64,000 bases of DNA, taken from positions 5,194 through 69,193 of IMG/VR virus record IMGVR_UViG_3300045119_000457; one strand, given 5' to 3'. Position 1 is the stretch's first letter. Every line of letters starts with the position of its first letter. The position numbers were made by a program, and so were the translations under genes. Below, piece by piece: positions 62,919 through 64,000 of the stretch. Under the pieces are notes generated by a model. It had not been told where the DNA came from. It was given only the letters and a program-made list of their open reading frames with translations, and searched no databases. Origin of the DNA: a virus.

Positions 62919-63179
62919 TCAAGCGGTCGTTGCCTGTGGATAACCTTTAGGCCACCACGTCTGCGGCCGCGGTTCGAAGTAGCGCGCGCCGACCATCGCC
63001 AGCACCCGCCTGCGCTGGTCGATCGACAAGGGCTCGATCAGTTGGATGACGCCGCACAGTGCCTTGAGCTCGCCGTCGAGCGTCGCTGGCCTGGGCTCAG
63101 GCGTGGGCTGCTGCAGCGCATCGAGCCGTTTGAATTCCTCGATCACCTCGCGCTGGTAGGCCTCGTGCTTGTCGGTCAT
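62919..63179 (-). CDS. hypothetical protein
   Basis: AGGAGGG RBS; C-terminal half resembles that of ORF 1360..1710. Confidence 0.65.
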   Translation of the reverse strand: MTDKHEAYQREVIEEFKRLDALQQPTPEPRPATLDGELKALCGVIQLIEPLSIDQRRRVLAMVGARYFEPRPQTWWPKGYPQATTA

Positions 63180-63349
63180 GTCGCGCCCTCCTTTGTCGGG
63201 TCATAGGCGATGCACTTGCAGCGCCAGCCCGGCTCGCCGTCGCAGAACCGCCTGGCCTCGGCCAGGCAGGCCGCCTGGTCGATGAAGCCGAACACCGTGA
63301 TGCCGGCCGGCGGCAGGCTGTTGAGCACCAGCACGACCAGCGTCCACAT

Positions 63350-63616
63350 CTAAGCGCGTCCCCTGCTGGGCGGCATCGGCTTCTGGGTCTGCCACTCGGC
63401 CACGCCCATCCCCTTCTCTTTGGCAACATCCTCCAGCATCATCTTGAGAACCTCGATAAAGGCTTTGCGGATGGTCTCGTTCTCGGCAGCACGCAGCCGG
63501 ATACGGCCAAGCTCAAGCGTGTGCTCCATCGAATCGAGAGGGGCCAGCATGCCGACCCACCAGCCGTCGCCAGTGTCGCGCAGGGCGATGCGGAAGGGGG
63601 CAACCTTACGGGTCAT
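63350..63616 (-). CDS. hypothetical protein
   Basis: RIALRDTGDGWW...LGRI motif. Confidence 0.65.
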   Translation of the reverse strand: MTRKVAPFRIALRDTGDGWWVGMLAPLDSMEHTLELGRIRLRAAENETIRKAFIEVLKMMLEDVAKEKGMGVAEWQTQKPMPPSRGRA

Positions 63617-63822
63617 TTCTTAATCCTTGGACAGCCCGTGAACATCATGATCTTGAGCGTTTCCGGGTCCTTGCCCCAAAAACAATTATTTGGACCAGCA
63701 GGCCCAGCTTCAACCGGAGTAACCCATTCCATGTGGTCGATCTCGTGCTGCGCCCAGCCGCCGATGGCGTAGAAGCCGATGAACAGCAGCACGGCGGCAG
63801 TCAATGTCAGCAGTAGCCTCAT
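63613..63822 (-). CDS. small membrane/secreted hypothetical protein
   Basis: N-terminal hydrophobic segment. Confidence 0.55.
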   Translation of the reverse strand: MRLLLTLTAAVLLFIGFYAIGGWAQHEIDHMEWVTPVEAGPAGPNNCFWGKDPETLKIMMFTGCPRIKK

Positions 63823-64000
63823 GTTGCTTCACCGCCCGGTTCACTTGTGATGATGGCGATGCTTGAAGTCATGGCGTTCGGCTTCGTCCATCACGTCGAC
63901 CCAGGCGGCGTAGAACACCAGGCCGACGAACACGGCGAGCGCTTCGTCGATCGCGGCGTCGCTGATGACGTAGTAGTCGCGACCATGCACGGTGATGTTC

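Noticed and set aside
1-64000. Stop-codon reassignment, tRNA genes, integrase/att site
   Set aside because: Genes tile densely under the standard code using all three stops; no cloverleaf or recombinase motifs recognised

Overview
The window is most or all of the genome of a GC-rich tailed dsDNA bacteriophage with podovirus-like architecture: no tape measure, sheath or tail tube genes are recognisable, but there are large ejection proteins and tail adaptor/nozzle-like genes. The host is probably a proteobacterium (inference). Modules from left to right: early genes (1-3 kb); SNF2 helicase, VRR-NUC, RHH regulator, Cas4-like nuclease, SSB and family A DNA polymerase (3-9.7 kb); a long minus-strand virion operon with fibres, ejection proteins, capsid, scaffold, GroES, a 1450-aa multidomain protein, portal and TerL (9.9-51.6 kb); an accessory/lysis block with an M15 peptidase, an Acb2-like anti-defence protein and a secreted glycoside hydrolase; a repeat-rich putative packaging region; TerS; a putative origin; a split RepB-primase/VapE helicase; and more early genes. 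No integrase, tRNA, rRNA, CRISPR array or reverse transcriptase was recognised. The most striking unexplained signal is a short peptide motif, roughly [FYKRM]-A-x-G-G-x-[VI], repeated about 30 times across at least five head-associated or ejection proteins, where it delimits domains. It may be a capsid cargo-tagging or polyprotein-processing system. All product calls come from motif recognition by eye, not database searches.
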